Positions 27,464-37,773 of a DNA stretch of 64,000 nucleotides are shown piece by piece (position 1 is the stretch's first letter; the number at the start of each line of letters is the position of its first letter). The notes below the pieces were generated by a model. The model did no database searches. It worked only from the letters and a program-made list of their open reading frames with translations, and had not been told where the DNA came from. The position numbers and the translations under genes were made by a program. The stretch comes from a virus (Duplodnaviria > Caudoviricetes): positions 12,507-76,506 of IMG/VR virus record IMGVR_UViG_3300042269_000666; one strand, 5' to 3'.

Positions 27464-27905
27464 GGGCTTTTGTAATTACCTTTCGACTTGCCTGATAATT
27501 GAGAATGCGAGCAGTTTTGTCACCTTGGCTCATGGGGGTGCCGTCAGGATACTTACCAGCCTTTACGTATTCCTGATGTTCTTTCCCTGCAGTGTTCAAA
27601 TACGCCTCATAGGAATCCACAAGGGAAGTATTTACGCAGCCAGTCAATAGAAGAAACATTAAACCAAGAAGAATAAAAGCCGTCACTTTTTTCAGCCCTA
27701 ATTGTTTTTCCAGTTGCCGGAATTTTTCCCAACAGTCGCAATCATCTCTGCGAATTTTACAGACAGTATGATCTACCTTGTTTTTGTCGATGTTGGCAAT
27801 CTTCCAAAGAATCGCCCATACTCCACTGATTAACGCAATCAGGATGGTTACAAAAAGCCCGATGATTGTCACAAATAAAAGCATCATGTCAATTGTTACA
27901 TTCAT
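27423..27905 (-). CDS. Holin-like TM segment followed by an internal lipoprotein signal
   Basis: N-terminal TM helix, coiled segment, then KKVTAFILLGLMFLLLTGC lipobox. Confidence 0.55.
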   Translation of the reverse strand: MNVTIDMMLLFVTIIGLFVTILIALISGVWAILWKIANIDKNKVDHTVCKIRRDDCDCWEKFRQLEKQLGLKKVTAFILLGLMFLLLTGCVNTSLVDSYEAYLNTAGKEHQEYVKAGKYPDGTPMSQGDKTARILNYQASRKVITKAREHAESWNPFGGD

Positions 27906-27930
27906 TTTTTTAAATCTCCTCAGTTAATTG

Positions 27931-28335
27931 TTAATCGATCCATGCAGACCAGCCGCCCAATACACACGCCTGGTACGCTAACCAGGCGCGGCGTTCCCAG
28001 AAGCGACGGACAGGAGTCCAGAACCAGCCGGAAAAACGCGCTTTAATTTCAAGTCCCATATTATGACTAAATTCTTCGTTCGTCTCGTTAAACGTGGAAA
28101 GCAGCTTGTCCGAACGATCAAAACGCCAGTCATGGATCAGCACTGGCCCTTTGAATATTCGCAGGAAAATTGTTACAATCCAGCGCGCCCATTTAGGAAA
28201 CCAGTCCGGGCCAGCTCCATTGTAAATTTCTGCAAGTTCTTCAATCGGAGTATTCCAAAATTCTGCCGGAGCTTTCAGACCTAGCTTTTTACACCGATCA
28301 AAGATTTTCTTGATTTCTTGTTCGCGTTTGGTCAT
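27931..28335 (-). CDS. Phospholipase A2-like / DUF1353-like protein
   Basis: YNGAGP (YxGxG loop) and LIHDW (HD dyad). Confidence 0.5.
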   Translation of the reverse strand: MTKREQEIKKIFDRCKKLGLKAPAEFWNTPIEELAEIYNGAGPDWFPKWARWIVTIFLRIFKGPVLIHDWRFDRSDKLLSTFNETNEEFSHNMGLEIKARFSGWFWTPVRRFWERRAWLAYQACVLGGWSAWID

Positions 28336-28337
28336 TG

Positions 28338-28700
28338 TTATACCTCCTCAAGTATTTGTTTAAGGTTTTTTAGTCTGTTGCCGTAAGTGTCGCAATCTGT
28401 CCATGTAACCCCGGCAATTATCATTTTCTTTCCGGCTTCAGCTACGGTGTCGTTGATTGTGATATTCAAGCCGGTGTATTTGGCGTTGATCTCGTCGACC
28501 TGGTCAGACAGCCGTGTTAGAATGGCGTTGAGTTCTGCCCGTGCCTCTGTGCCTCCTGGAACGTTCTCAATGTTGAGTTCGTCCTTATTGCCGGAGTAGT
28601 CGGGCAGGTTTATGACCTGCAACCCGTCTGCTAATCCTGAAACTTTGCCATCGACAAAGTCCACTATATTTCCTGTAGCTGTTTCAAAAATTATTCGCAT
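28338..28700 (-). CDS. Hypothetical tail-fibre-associated protein
   Basis: 120 aa, AAGGAG RBS, follows fibre genes. Confidence 0.5.
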   Translation of the reverse strand: MRIIFETATGNIVDFVDGKVSGLADGLQVINLPDYSGNKDELNIENVPGGTEARAELNAILTRLSDQVDEINAKYTGLNITINDTVAEAGKKMIIAGVTWTDCDTYGNRLKNLKQILEEV

Positions 28701-28712
28701 AGTTTTCGCTCC

Positions 28713-29933
28713 TTAAATTTTATTTACGCCGTTGAGATAGACGGAACCGCCGTTTTTACTTCGGTAAGCCGCCGTTTGTGCCCCGGTGGGTGCAACTGAA
28801 GTTTGACATCTGAAAGTTGAAACGATACCGTAAAATGGATAAGGAGAGACGAACCGAGGCCCCGCCAGCTTTAGAAAATTGCCGCGAACCCAAGCAGAAC
28901 CGCCAGAGAATACACAAGCGGACAAGGTGAGCGACGCAACACTTTCGGCTTCATAGAAACAAGCGTTTTCAGACACAGAGCCAGGAACTGTTGCTGAAAA
29001 CTTACACCCGTCAATGTAACTTCCGTCGATATCGCACTTAGTAATCAACACCGCCTGAACACTTGAAGCTTTAAACTCAACTCCATAGCAGATTCGCAAC
29101 TCATAGAGTTGTAGCTCGTGCAAATACAATGCACCAAGGCCGTTCGTTGAATTAATAGTTAAAACTTTGTTATTTCTGGCGTAAGTCGTTGCGCCGGCGT
29201 AATCGTTTTCAGGTGGTTCGTATGCAAAATCAAGCTTGACCGCACCGTTGCGAACCTTGGTTATTTCCAGCATTTCGGAACCTAAATCATAGTACCCGCC
29301 TGTGTCAAAGGTGATCTGCAAAGCGTACCAGTTCAGATCGAGATTTCTGTGATTGGCCAAAAATGATATTATCTTATCAATTTCCGACTGAGGCTGTACA
29401 TACTGCATTACGGCTTCGGTATCACCACTAGGTAAGGTTTCCGCGACATAAGAAGCGGTGATTGTTACGGTTCCCTTGTTGCCAGTCGGGTTAGTATCTG
29501 GATGGTAATCACCATCCATGTGAGATACTATGTTGTAAGTGCCATCATAATTGACAGTATGCGCTATCCTGATTGAATCACCATCATCAAGAAAACAGTG
29601 GTAAACTTCGAACGTTACCGTTCCGTTACCGTTATCGACAACAGCAGAGCCGCCAACCAAATATGCTCCGTGTTTGCCGGATATTCCTACATGTAGAGTT
29701 GCGGTTGAGCTTATTTTGTCGTCAATGTATTTCAGCAAGCTAGCTATTTCATCTTTATTGTAATAATTGCTTAAATCAACTTCTTTGCCGGAAATTTGTG
29801 CGGTATCTCCATTGGAATTTTTACAGTGAAGATATACTTCGCCATCCACAACTTCAGGCCAGATAAGCAAGTACCCCTCCGGCACCTGCGAGTTATTGAA
29901 GTCCTCTGCTGTTTTAACTTTTAAGATTTGCAT
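28713..29933 (-). CDS. Tail fibre/spike-like protein
   Basis: VDLSNYYNKDEI junction motif; beta-helix-like C-terminus. Confidence 0.55.
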   Translation of the reverse strand: MQILKVKTAEDFNNSQVPEGYLLIWPEVVDGEVYLHCKNSNGDTAQISGKEVDLSNYYNKDEIASLLKYIDDKISSTATLHVGISGKHGAYLVGGSAVVDNGNGTVTFEVYHCFLDDGDSIRIAHTVNYDGTYNIVSHMDGDYHPDTNPTGNKGTVTITASYVAETLPSGDTEAVMQYVQPQSEIDKIISFLANHRNLDLNWYALQITFDTGGYYDLGSEMLEITKVRNGAVKLDFAYEPPENDYAGATTYARNNKVLTINSTNGLGALYLHELQLYELRICYGVEFKASSVQAVLITKCDIDGSYIDGCKFSATVPGSVSENACFYEAESVASLTLSACVFSGGSAWVRGNFLKLAGPRFVSPYPFYGIVSTFRCQTSVAPTGAQTAAYRSKNGGSVYLNGVNKI

Positions 29934-29942
29934 AATTGTTCC

Positions 29943-31241
29943 TTAATAGTTTATTTTGACGTGTTCAATAACGGCAGTCCATCTGGTAGATGTGGTGTTG
30001 GCCGGGATTATTTTGATCGATAGTGCATCATTCGTGTCGTCTGCTGAAATCGACCAGGTTGGAGTACCTATATTGGTGTCACCGAACCATGCAACAATTG
30101 TCTGCATATTTCCTGTAAGACTGGTAGTGCCACCCTCGTTCTTAATGAGTACTTGATAAACGGCAGTGCCGCATGAGCCGTCAGCCTGTTTTCCCAGCAC
30201 GGTAATTCTACAGGAATAGGCATCACCGTCTAATAAGGTAAATCTGCAAGAATTACCATCTAAAAATAATTCTGTTAGAGAAGTAGTTGACGTTTGTTTT
30301 CTTGCTTGAAGTTTTCCACTCTGGCAATCACCGTTATTAGCAAAAATACCTGATGAATGTGAAAATTCACAATAATTTGAAGCCTTAGCGTTGTATCCGT
30401 TTGAAAAAGAAGCAAAACCATCAGCTAAAGTCTCTCTTCCATACGAAAATGAATATAATCCATTAGATTCAGTGTCAAAGCCACCAGCAAATGAATAATT
30501 ACCAGTAGCTATTGTTGTACTACAGCAAGCAAATGAATAACTTCCACTCGCTAAAGTCATATAACCAGAAGAAAATGAACTATCTCCACTAGCCGTTGTG
30601 CTTCTTCCAAATGATATTGAATATTCTCCACTCGCAGTCGAATTAAAGCCACCAGCAAATGAATAATTACCAGTAGCGCCAAAGGTTGTTCCGGTTGTTG
30701 AATATTCTAAACTAACCGACTTAATGCCAGCAGTGCCTCTACCACTTGAAACATTATCTAGTCCATAACCACTATCTTCAATAATTAATTTTCCACCACT
30801 TGCGCTAGGCAAATTAGTTAATTGCGATCCGTCAACTGCCGGAAGTTTAGCTGAGCTATCTAACTGAACAACGTTATTTGCCGCGGTACCAGTGTTGAGA
30901 ATGGCAGCCGTACCGAGTCCCAAGTTAGTACGGGCGGTACTGACATTATTCACGTCTGACAGATTGTTGCTTATAGCCAATGCTGAAACCTGACTGGCCG
31001 TAACGCCGTGAGGATTAGCCGTGCTGACACTATGGGCAGTGTTATTGCTTACATTTGCAGCATCCGAAGCGGTGAACGCTTGCGTAGCCGTGCCGCCTAT
31101 CTTCAAATTACCGGAAGTAAAATCTGCGGTCTGTGTTGTAACTCCCGTTGTATTGTCAAGCATTAATGTTGTGCGCTTGGTTCCTGCGATAGTTAATGAT
31201 AAGACAATAATAATTGCAATTGTTGGTATTAGCTTTTTCAT
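29943..31241 (-). CDS. Tail fibre with Hep/Hag (YadA head-like) 14-aa repeats
   Basis: [32 protein letters not shown], repeated xASGxYSFAxG units. Confidence 0.7.
   Translation of the reverse strand: MKKLIPTIAIIIVLSLTIAGTKRTTLMLDNTTGVTTQTADFTSGNLKIGGTATQAFTASDAANVSNNTAHSVSTANPHGVTASQVSALAISNNLSDVNNVSTARTNLGLGTAAILNTGTAANNVVQLDSSAKLPAVDGSQLTNLPSASGGKLIIEDSGYGLDNVSSGRGTAGIKSVSLEYSTTGTTFGATGNYSFAGGFNSTASGEYSISFGRSTTASGDSSFSSGYMTLASGSYSFACCSTTIATGNYSFAGGFDTESNGLYSFSYGRETLADGFASFSNGYNAKASNYCEFSHSSGIFANNGDCQSGKLQARKQTSTTSLTELFLDGNSCRFTLLDGDAYSCRITVLGKQADGSCGTAVYQVLIKNEGGTTSLTGNMQTIVAWFGDTNIGTPTWSISADDTNDALSIKIIPANTTSTRWTAVIEHVKINY
30477..30677. repeat. Exact 33-bp direct repeat inside the fibre gene
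   Basis: AAAGCCACCAGCAAATGAATAATTACCAGTAGC at 30477-30509 and 30645-30677, 168 nt (four 14-aa units) apart. Confidence 0.85.
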
Positions 31242-33232
31242 GCGGTTAAATTCTCCGTTGTAAGTGATCCATCATCGTTAATTGTTATGCGAAATCTGGT
31301 GCCGGAAGTACTTGTCAATATCAAGCCTTTGCTTGCATCAGTGATTTCAAAATCATCAGAGCCTACTTTGTCAGCTTTGCCGGATACGTCAACATATTCA
31401 CCGGGATCACCTTTGTCTCCCTTATCACCCTTATCTCCTTTATCGCCTCCGGCAAGAACTAATTGCCATGTTCCTGCAATGGCGGTAATATTTTTCATCG
31501 CCATAATGCCGGATATATCTACAACCGTTGAATTGCTGGTGTAGCTGACGGCATTTTGCGACAACTGCCACTGTGTACCGTTCTCATCAGCAACCGCGAC
31601 AATGTTCATAACGGCATTTACATGAAGAATTTTTCCAACTAAATCATCATTAATAAAATCATGCCGTGCACCATGAACTTTTAGCCAGTTGAGATAATCT
31701 GACTCGGTGCCTGTATTGCCCTGAGAAAGCCACATCTGATATAGGCTTTGCCCGGAAATTCCTTGAGCAAAACGTATGCGTCCACCATTTGATACGTCAC
31801 TTTGACCAAAGTAGATAACGGTGCGAAGATTAGCCCATTCGGTTGTAATCATTACCGGACTATCAGGGTCACCAGCTTTGACGGTTTGCCCGTTGCCCAT
31901 TGCGTCATAAACTTCAATCTGAGCTATGGTCTTGGTTCCATCAATTACCAGTGAGCCGCCAAAAACATTGTCTGCGGTAAATTCAATGTCCGGTACAACT
32001 TCGGCATTTTCGCCACGATCACCCTGATCGCCCTTGTCCCCCTTATCACCTTTCTCGCCTTGTATGCCCTGAATGCCACCAGGAGCAGGTTCACTCCAAT
32101 CCCCGAAAGCATCACTGATTTTCAGATAGATATGATTGTTGTCGGTATCAAGATAGGTAAAGCCACGCTCAGCATCATCATACAGGCTTTTATTGGCAAG
32201 CGTTCCGGCCATATCGATTTTTACGCCATCGCCTTTTTCGCCAGTGTCTCCTTTATCGCCCTGATCCCCTTTATCTCCCTTTGCTCCAGTATCGCCGGGC
32301 AAACCTCTATCACCAGTATCGCCCTTTTCGCCCTGAATACCTTGGAGGCCTTGTATGCCTTGTGGTCCCTGCGCTCCATCTGCCCCAGCTGGGCCTTGTA
32401 TAGTAGTAATGTGAACAGGCTCAGACCATACACCACTCTTGAACCAATACATATCACTGGTATCACTGGCAAGATAGCGGTATCCCTCTGCAGGAGCTTC
32501 CGGCATGTCAGCAAGTAAACCTATTTCATCAGGTTCAATATTTTTACCGTCAAGCCCGTATGGAATTAATTGCGGGTCACTGGCAACTCCTGTAATGCCA
32601 TGCCTTACGCGTTGATATACATCAACATTTGCGTTTAAATCAGAGTGCCAGTTTTCTCCGTCTTCGGAAAACTCAAAAATAAGTTTACGTGCAATTGCCG
32701 CTTCGGTTTCAAGCGCGGTATAATATTCCGGTTGTTCTTCCGGTGTTGGAGGATCACCAGCAATATAAACACAGTTGCGTATTGTTACGCCAAACTGCCA
32801 TGCGAAAGACCTTGCAGGAGGTTCATCATCAGTAAAACCACCGATTTCACCTTTTAGACTGATTGTCTCCTGAGTATTTAGAGTATCACGCATAACCGGA
32901 TAATCAGTATTCGGCATCAGTGCTGAAAGTATAGTTCTTCCATTCTCGTCAGTTCTGACGGAAATATTTTCAAGCTGCAGCATTTTCGGAGGGGTAGCTT
33001 GATCAAAATCCCCGTCAAGTGCATAATAAAAACTGGCAACATCATCAAAAGATGAAATTGGATATACTTCTAGAATTCCGCTGTCAGAATCCACTTCGGT
33101 TGACCTGACATCAAATTCCAGATTGAGAATAGAACCTATAACGATATCAGGCAGGCTGTCTTTACCGCCGTATTCATCGGTGATTTTAGCAGTCGAGCCA
33201 TTTATTTGCAAAATTTTTCTTATCGTCTGCAT
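31238..33232 (-). CDS. Collagen-like repeat tail fibre/baseplate protein
   Basis: Three Gly-X-Y tracts ([11 protein letters not shown]..). Confidence 0.75.
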   Translation of the reverse strand: MQTIRKILQINGSTAKITDEYGGKDSLPDIVIGSILNLEFDVRSTEVDSDSGILEVYPISSFDDVASFYYALDGDFDQATPPKMLQLENISVRTDENGRTILSALMPNTDYPVMRDTLNTQETISLKGEIGGFTDDEPPARSFAWQFGVTIRNCVYIAGDPPTPEEQPEYYTALETEAAIARKLIFEFSEDGENWHSDLNANVDVYQRVRHGITGVASDPQLIPYGLDGKNIEPDEIGLLADMPEAPAEGYRYLASDTSDMYWFKSGVWSEPVHITTIQGPAGADGAQGPQGIQGLQGIQGEKGDTGDRGLPGDTGAKGDKGDQGDKGDTGEKGDGVKIDMAGTLANKSLYDDAERGFTYLDTDNNHIYLKISDAFGDWSEPAPGGIQGIQGEKGDKGDKGDQGDRGENAEVVPDIEFTADNVFGGSLVIDGTKTIAQIEVYDAMGNGQTVKAGDPDSPVMITTEWANLRTVIYFGQSDVSNGGRIRFAQGISGQSLYQMWLSQGNTGTESDYLNWLKVHGARHDFINDDLVGKILHVNAVMNIVAVADENGTQWQLSQNAVSYTSNSTVVDISGIMAMKNITAIAGTWQLVLAGGDKGDKGDKGDKGDPGEYVDVSGKADKVGSDDFEITDASKGLILTSTSGTRFRITINDDGSLTTENLTA

Positions 33233-33239
33233 TTATAAA

Positions 33240-33272
33240 CCCTTTGTTTTTGTAATAGAAGAACTTTGTCAA
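33240..33272 (-). promoter_or_regulatory. Late-block motif upstream of fibre block
   Basis: TTGACA (33272-33267)-N15-AAAA; 34 nt to ATG. Confidence 0.6.
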
Positions 33273-33274
33273 TA

Positions 33275-33667
33275 TCAAACAGATAGATAAAGCTTTATGA
33301 ACTTTTTATCCCGGGCAGAAGCGGCTTCACGCCCACGAGTAAGAAACTTTCTGCCGACTTGAACGTCTGAGCGGTTTTGAGCATCAAGAGAATTAATCCC
33401 CAGGTTGTAATAATCCTCATGCATGCTGAGTACATAATCGCTTGCAGTGCTGTTTACGGGGACACGGATCACAACCGAAGAATCATAAACCTGTTTTACT
33501 ATGCCTACTCGCAAAAATCCTTTATCAATTGGAGCTCGCTTACTGCCCTCAAGAACATGATTGTTGCCGATTGCGTTCAGTGTTTTTCGAAGATTAACAC
33601 GGCGATCACGGATAGCTTTATCAATATTTTTTCTGAATTTGTCCATCCCCTCAATAGCCATCAACAC
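33275..33667 (-). CDS. HK97 gp10-like neck/tail completion protein
   Basis: RAPIDKGFLR, YVLSMHE, GRKFLTRG. Confidence 0.75.
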   Translation of the reverse strand: MLMAIEGMDKFRKNIDKAIRDRRVNLRKTLNAIGNNHVLEGSKRAPIDKGFLRVGIVKQVYDSSVVIRVPVNSTASDYVLSMHEDYYNLGINSLDAQNRSDVQVGRKFLTRGREAASARDKKFIKLYLSV

Positions 33668-33966
33668 ACCGCCAGTTTATAAAATTCATGGACATTATCA
33701 AAAAGGTTGTCGATGCGCTGAGCTGACCGCAAATCAAACTCAGCTTCGTTTTTATCGATAAAAGTGCAATCAGCGGTTATCTCATAATCGCCAAGTCCTT
33801 TGCACATATAAAAGTCTTCATACTGCAATACGCCATTAGCATCGCGGTAATTGTCACTCATGATAAAGTAAGTACAGGGATGCTCGGCATATTCCGGCTT
33901 GTTATCGACAAAGTTCCCTGTCGGGATTCTAACTTTGCCAGTATCTCTGCATAGTTCTTCAAACAT
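33661..33966 (-). CDS. Putative head-closure/stopper protein
   Basis: Start placed at ATG 33966 behind AAAGGA, overlapping the portal stop; size and position fit. Confidence 0.5.
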   Translation of the reverse strand: MFEELCRDTGKVRIPTGNFVDNKPEYAEHPCTYFIMSDNYRDANGVLQYEDFYMCKGLGDYEITADCTFIDKNEAEFDLRSAQRIDNLFDNVHEFYKLAVC

Positions 33967-35434
33967 CTTGAGGAGTCCTTTGACGTGGAAGTTTAGGTTC
34001 GTTGGATACTTCATTGATTTCCTTTAGAACCTTTTGGTAAGTTTCTGGGGAAACCTGATTGAGTTCCGCTAATTTGGCTAAGGCGGCACGTTTGACTTCC
34101 CGGGCATATTCATCACCGGCATCAAAGCTCGAAAGATTCATCAAGGCCGCAACTGATTTTTCGATATCTTTAACTGAAAAATCATGGTTGTAGGCAAGCG
34201 TAGGAATCTTTATGGAGGAATCCCAGAGGTTTAATAATTCCCATGCCTTGGCTTCGGCCTGCTCCAACTGTATAGCGCGATTTGCTAAACCCTGCTGAAT
34301 ATTGACCGAATCCCAAGCTTTAGATTCTGCGGTTTGAGCAGATTTGCTGCTGGATTGCAGTGCAAGCCCGACCACATCAAAAAGCTGTTCTTTGAGATAC
34401 GTATTTTCTTCACGGATTGTTTTAGTTTCAACACCACCAGGAGATATGTAACGGCAAATGCCTCTCTCCTGTTCAGTTTCCCAAATCGCGGCACTTTTGG
34501 CTAATTCTTGCGCGAGAGTTAAAGTTGAGGTTGCTGTTGTTTCCCTGCTGGATTCCTCTGTAGTTTCTTCAGTGATTTCAACAGTGCCGCTGGATCGGGC
34601 AAAGCTTTCCGGCAACACCAGCAGGCCGAATAGTTGCTGAATGATATTCATCTGCGCTTCGGAACCGTTATTGAGGATAGCGTCCGATATCCTGACAACG
34701 TCTTCAAACCAATGTGCGCCGGAACCCATACCAAAGCCGTCCGCTTCTTCTATCTTTACCAGTGGAACCCGTCCGAGTCCATGAACTGCATTAGCTGTTT
34801 CTTTTATTTCTCCATTGGAATTTTTTTCAAAAAGCCGCCAGTCGCTTCGGGTCCATACACGACGGCATTCAATGCGCTCACGCTCTGAGAAAGGGGTTTT
34901 TTCATCAAGCCGTGTTTCTGAAATTATAGCCCACGCAATTTCACCGTCTGAATCATATGCCCAGTCCCGAACCGCAAACGGTGATAAAACCTGACAGTAA
35001 GGACGAAGCTTGTGCTTCTTTTTCGTTTCCATATCTACATCATCGACTACTGCCGGCATGTCGACAAGCAGCCAGCTTAAGCCGTAACAATTGAGAGTAG
35101 TTGAGGCCTGTAGCATGACTTCATCAACACGCAAGCCGTGGCGGTCAAAATCTTCCTGTACATCATCGTCCACGCCATCGCGCTTAGGCTTTGAACTTAA
35201 GAGAAAATGACTGATAAGCCGCGCGATCTTTTTAGGCAAATTGATATAGTAGGCTCGTTTCAGGCGTTCCAGATAAGCCATCTCTAATTCTGCCATGTGT
35301 CTTATCAGGGCAGTTTTTAAATAACTTGCACCACCAGAGTAAGCCTGGTTAATTCTGATCCAAGTATTTTCATATTTACTCACCAGGGGATGAGTGCGTT
35401 CAAATAGTATATCATTCGGGTTCATTGGCATCAC
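33959..35434 (-). CDS. Portal protein
   Basis: 491 aa, YLERLKRAYY, WLLVDMP, LGRVPLV; SPP1-like portal pattern. Confidence 0.85.
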   Translation of the reverse strand: MMPMNPNDILFERTHPLVSKYENTWIRINQAYSGGASYLKTALIRHMAELEMAYLERLKRAYYINLPKKIARLISHFLLSSKPKRDGVDDDVQEDFDRHGLRVDEVMLQASTTLNCYGLSWLLVDMPAVVDDVDMETKKKHKLRPYCQVLSPFAVRDWAYDSDGEIAWAIISETRLDEKTPFSERERIECRRVWTRSDWRLFEKNSNGEIKETANAVHGLGRVPLVKIEEADGFGMGSGAHWFEDVVRISDAILNNGSEAQMNIIQQLFGLLVLPESFARSSGTVEITEETTEESSRETTATSTLTLAQELAKSAAIWETEQERGICRYISPGGVETKTIREENTYLKEQLFDVVGLALQSSSKSAQTAESKAWDSVNIQQGLANRAIQLEQAEAKAWELLNLWDSSIKIPTLAYNHDFSVKDIEKSVAALMNLSSFDAGDEYAREVKRAALAKLAELNQVSPETYQKVLKEINEVSNEPKLPRQRTPQDV

Positions 35435-35469
35435 TCCAATTTGTTTTTATAAGTGGAGCGACGTGTCAA
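35435..35469 (-). promoter_or_regulatory. Late-block motif upstream of portal
   Basis: TTGACA (35469-35464)-N15-AAAA; 29 nt to ATG. Confidence 0.6.
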
Positions 35470-35504
35470 TACCATTCTCTTTATTACGCTTCCTATGTCT
35501 ACGT

Positions 35505-35760
35505 ATGTTATGATGGGGGCGGTCTTAGTCCCCCATCTAATAACAACGTATACGAGAGCGTACGCGATACACATATGTATATATCTATGATATATAGTTA
35601 AAAGTACTCAATACGATACATACTAGTAGGTAAGGTATCGTGTACGATACCACGTTACTTTGTTAAGTGGTAAGGTATCGTCAACAAACCCTGAAAAACG
35701 TCAAAAAGTAGTGTAAAAACGGTAAAAATAACGTATACGATACCACCTAGGTGATAACGT
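35505..35760. other. Origin-like non-coding element, copy A
   Basis: GATGGGGG/CCCCCATC hairpin, TATATATC-N3-GATATATA palindrome, three TACGATAC and two GGTAAGGTATCGT repeats. Confidence 0.6.
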
Positions 35761-35770
35761 ATTTTTGCGG

Positions 35771-35798
35771 TTGACATAGCAGGCTCTTTAAAAAGGAG
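35771..35798 (+). promoter_or_regulatory. Late-block motif upstream of plus-strand tail block
   Basis: TTGACA (35771-35776)-N14-AAAAGGAG; 30 nt to ATG. Confidence 0.6.
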
Positions 35799-35806
35799 TT
35801 TTCCAG

Positions 35807-36637
35807 ATGTCGACTATTGATAAATTATACCATAATCATGGACAGAGCAATGACGCGTACAACAAGGAAACAAATGTTGAAATACCATATTTGGTGACAG
35901 GTGTTGAAAGTGTTCAGGATGCAATTGATGCTCTTGCCGCGTCAGAAGATGTACCTAAATTTCATGGACGTTTGGTTGTAACCGGATATGACTTTGACGA
36001 ATTGTCTGCAGAGGGAGCATATCAGATTGTTGTAAAATACGGGTTCTCGGCAACTTCTTCTGAATCATGGTCAAGTTCTGATGATGCGGACAGTAATCCG
36101 GAAGTAACTATTGATATCGGGGCTAATTCCGATACTCGAATGCATTCGCTAAGACGTGTTGCTACAAGTTCCGGCGCTCCTGATTCAATTGAGAGCAAAA
36201 CTGCTATCGGCGTAGATGCTGACGGTAATATCAATGGCTGTAAAGTTCTTACCGGTTATCGTACTCGTACAGAAATATTTTATATGCCGTTGAGACGCTT
36301 GTCTACTAAATACGAGAAAGCCCTTGATCAACTGGTGGGAGCTATCAATAACAAAGCTTTTCGCGGTTATGCTGCTGGTGAAGTACGTTTTGACGGTGCG
36401 ACCTATACTTACAGAGAGGGGCAGGAAGAACCTGTTCGAGTTACTTTCAAATATTCGATTTCAGCCAACATGGAAAAAGTTAAATTCGGCAAATGGAAAA
36501 TGACTAAACGCGGATGGGATTACGCATGGATAAAATACACTACTGACGAAGCGGACGGTGAGCCGGTAGCCGAATATGCTGTGATCGATGAAGTAAGTAC
36601 ATATGACGACTTTGGAAAATTGGGGATAGGCAGATAA
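35807..36637 (+). CDS. Putative tail/baseplate (distal tail-like) protein
   Basis: 276 aa, AIGVDADGNINGC, FRGYAAGEVRFDGA, KRGWDYAWIKY; late motif upstream. Confidence 0.55.
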   Translation: MSTIDKLYHNHGQSNDAYNKETNVEIPYLVTGVESVQDAIDALAASEDVPKFHGRLVVTGYDFDELSAEGAYQIVVKYGFSATSSESWSSSDDADSNPEVTIDIGANSDTRMHSLRRVATSSGAPDSIESKTAIGVDADGNINGCKVLTGYRTRTEIFYMPLRRLSTKYEKALDQLVGAINNKAFRGYAAGEVRFDGATYTYREGQEEPVRVTFKYSISANMEKVKFGKWKMTKRGWDYAWIKYTTDEADGEPVAEYAVIDEVSTYDDFGKLGIGR

Positions 36638-36638
36638 T

Positions 36639-37505
36639 ATGGATAAGGTAAAAAAGGGTGATCCGTTAAGACTTTCGGCAGGATTTATCAATGATACCAT
36701 TGATTCAAACGTCAGGAGCAAACAACATGATTTGACCTTGAATAATTTACGCCTGAAAAATCTTGGTATTGTTACTGTACGGAATAATTCTGATAAAGAC
36801 CGCAAGATTTTTGAACCGATCAATATTGATGGCATTTTGCTTGATATCGAAAAGGATGGCGGCATAAAAACCAATGGCATCTTTAAAGGGGTGCTCGATG
36901 ATAAGATTGATATTTTCGCGGTGTGCCTGAATGCCATTCCTAAAACTAAAACCGGACGTGCCATGCTGGTTGGTATTACTCCGGCCAGAGTGAAAATTGA
37001 GAGTGCAACCCATAAGTACATCACAGTAAAAGACGGCATACTTGTTTCCTGCTCATCAGGTCCGGCACGTTTGTTAGGTTCTCAAAAAGACAATGGCGAA
37101 ACATGGGGCATGATTTACCTCGGCGGTACTGGCAGCGGAGGCAATAACTATACCGGTTTTTTCAGGCTTGAACCTGATGGCGAGAATACCGATACCATAA
37201 ATATTGTAGATGGCTCCGATACCCTTGGCGATAATTGCGGTATTTATGTATCTGGTATTGATAAAACTTTAGTACCCAAAACCAGCCTGAAAATATCCAC
37301 TGAATCTTACATAATGCTTTACGCTACTTATGCAGAGGAAAAGTGGACTATTGAAATAAAAGCCGAACCCAGCATGCCGGATTTTTCCGCTGAAAAGTTC
37401 ACAGCCTTGCTGGGTATCGTTAAATGGGATACCGAAAACAAGAAAATGGGTCAGCCCATACAGATTTGGAATAACGGAATTATCTACAATAACAGGTATA
37501 GTTAA
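36639..37505 (+). CDS. Putative tail tip/baseplate protein
   Basis: MDKVKKGDPLRLSAGFIN start typical of the gene following the above family; Gly-rich linker. Confidence 0.5.
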   Translation: MDKVKKGDPLRLSAGFINDTIDSNVRSKQHDLTLNNLRLKNLGIVTVRNNSDKDRKIFEPINIDGILLDIEKDGGIKTNGIFKGVLDDKIDIFAVCLNAIPKTKTGRAMLVGITPARVKIESATHKYITVKDGILVSCSSGPARLLGSQKDNGETWGMIYLGGTGSGGNNYTGFFRLEPDGENTDTINIVDGSDTLGDNCGIYVSGIDKTLVPKTSLKISTESYIMLYATYAEEKWTIEIKAEPSMPDFSAEKFTALLGIVKWDTENKKMGQPIQIWNNGIIYNNRYS

Positions 37506-37687
37506 GGCTTTTTGATTATGGTATATATTATTTTTGCTTTATCCAACTTATCTGTTAGTTCTTTTAAGGTTCTTCCGGAATATTTAGATTCTTCATCCAT
37601 TACTACGCTGTAACATCCGTTGTCGTATTTTCTGATGCTTGTTTGGGTGCCATTAATTGTAGCTTTTCCAATAAATTCGTAATTCAT
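37502..37687 (-). CDS. Small moron-like gene with its own promoter
   Basis: 61 aa, AAGGAG RBS, ATGAAA-N17-TATAAT upstream, opposite strand to neighbours. Confidence 0.55.
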   Translation of the reverse strand: MNYEFIGKATINGTQTSIRKYDNGCYSVVMDEESKYSGRTLKELTDKLDKAKIIYTIIKKP

Positions 37688-37773
37688 TTTACGCTCCTTA
37701 TGAGTTATTTACATTATACATGATTACGTATGATGTTTCATTTATTTATAAAAAAAATCAAGGAAATTAAATA

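Noticed and set aside
31380-32400. Short periodic nucleotide repeats as a non-coding array
   Set aside because: Explained by Gly-X-Y collagen codons of the fibre gene.
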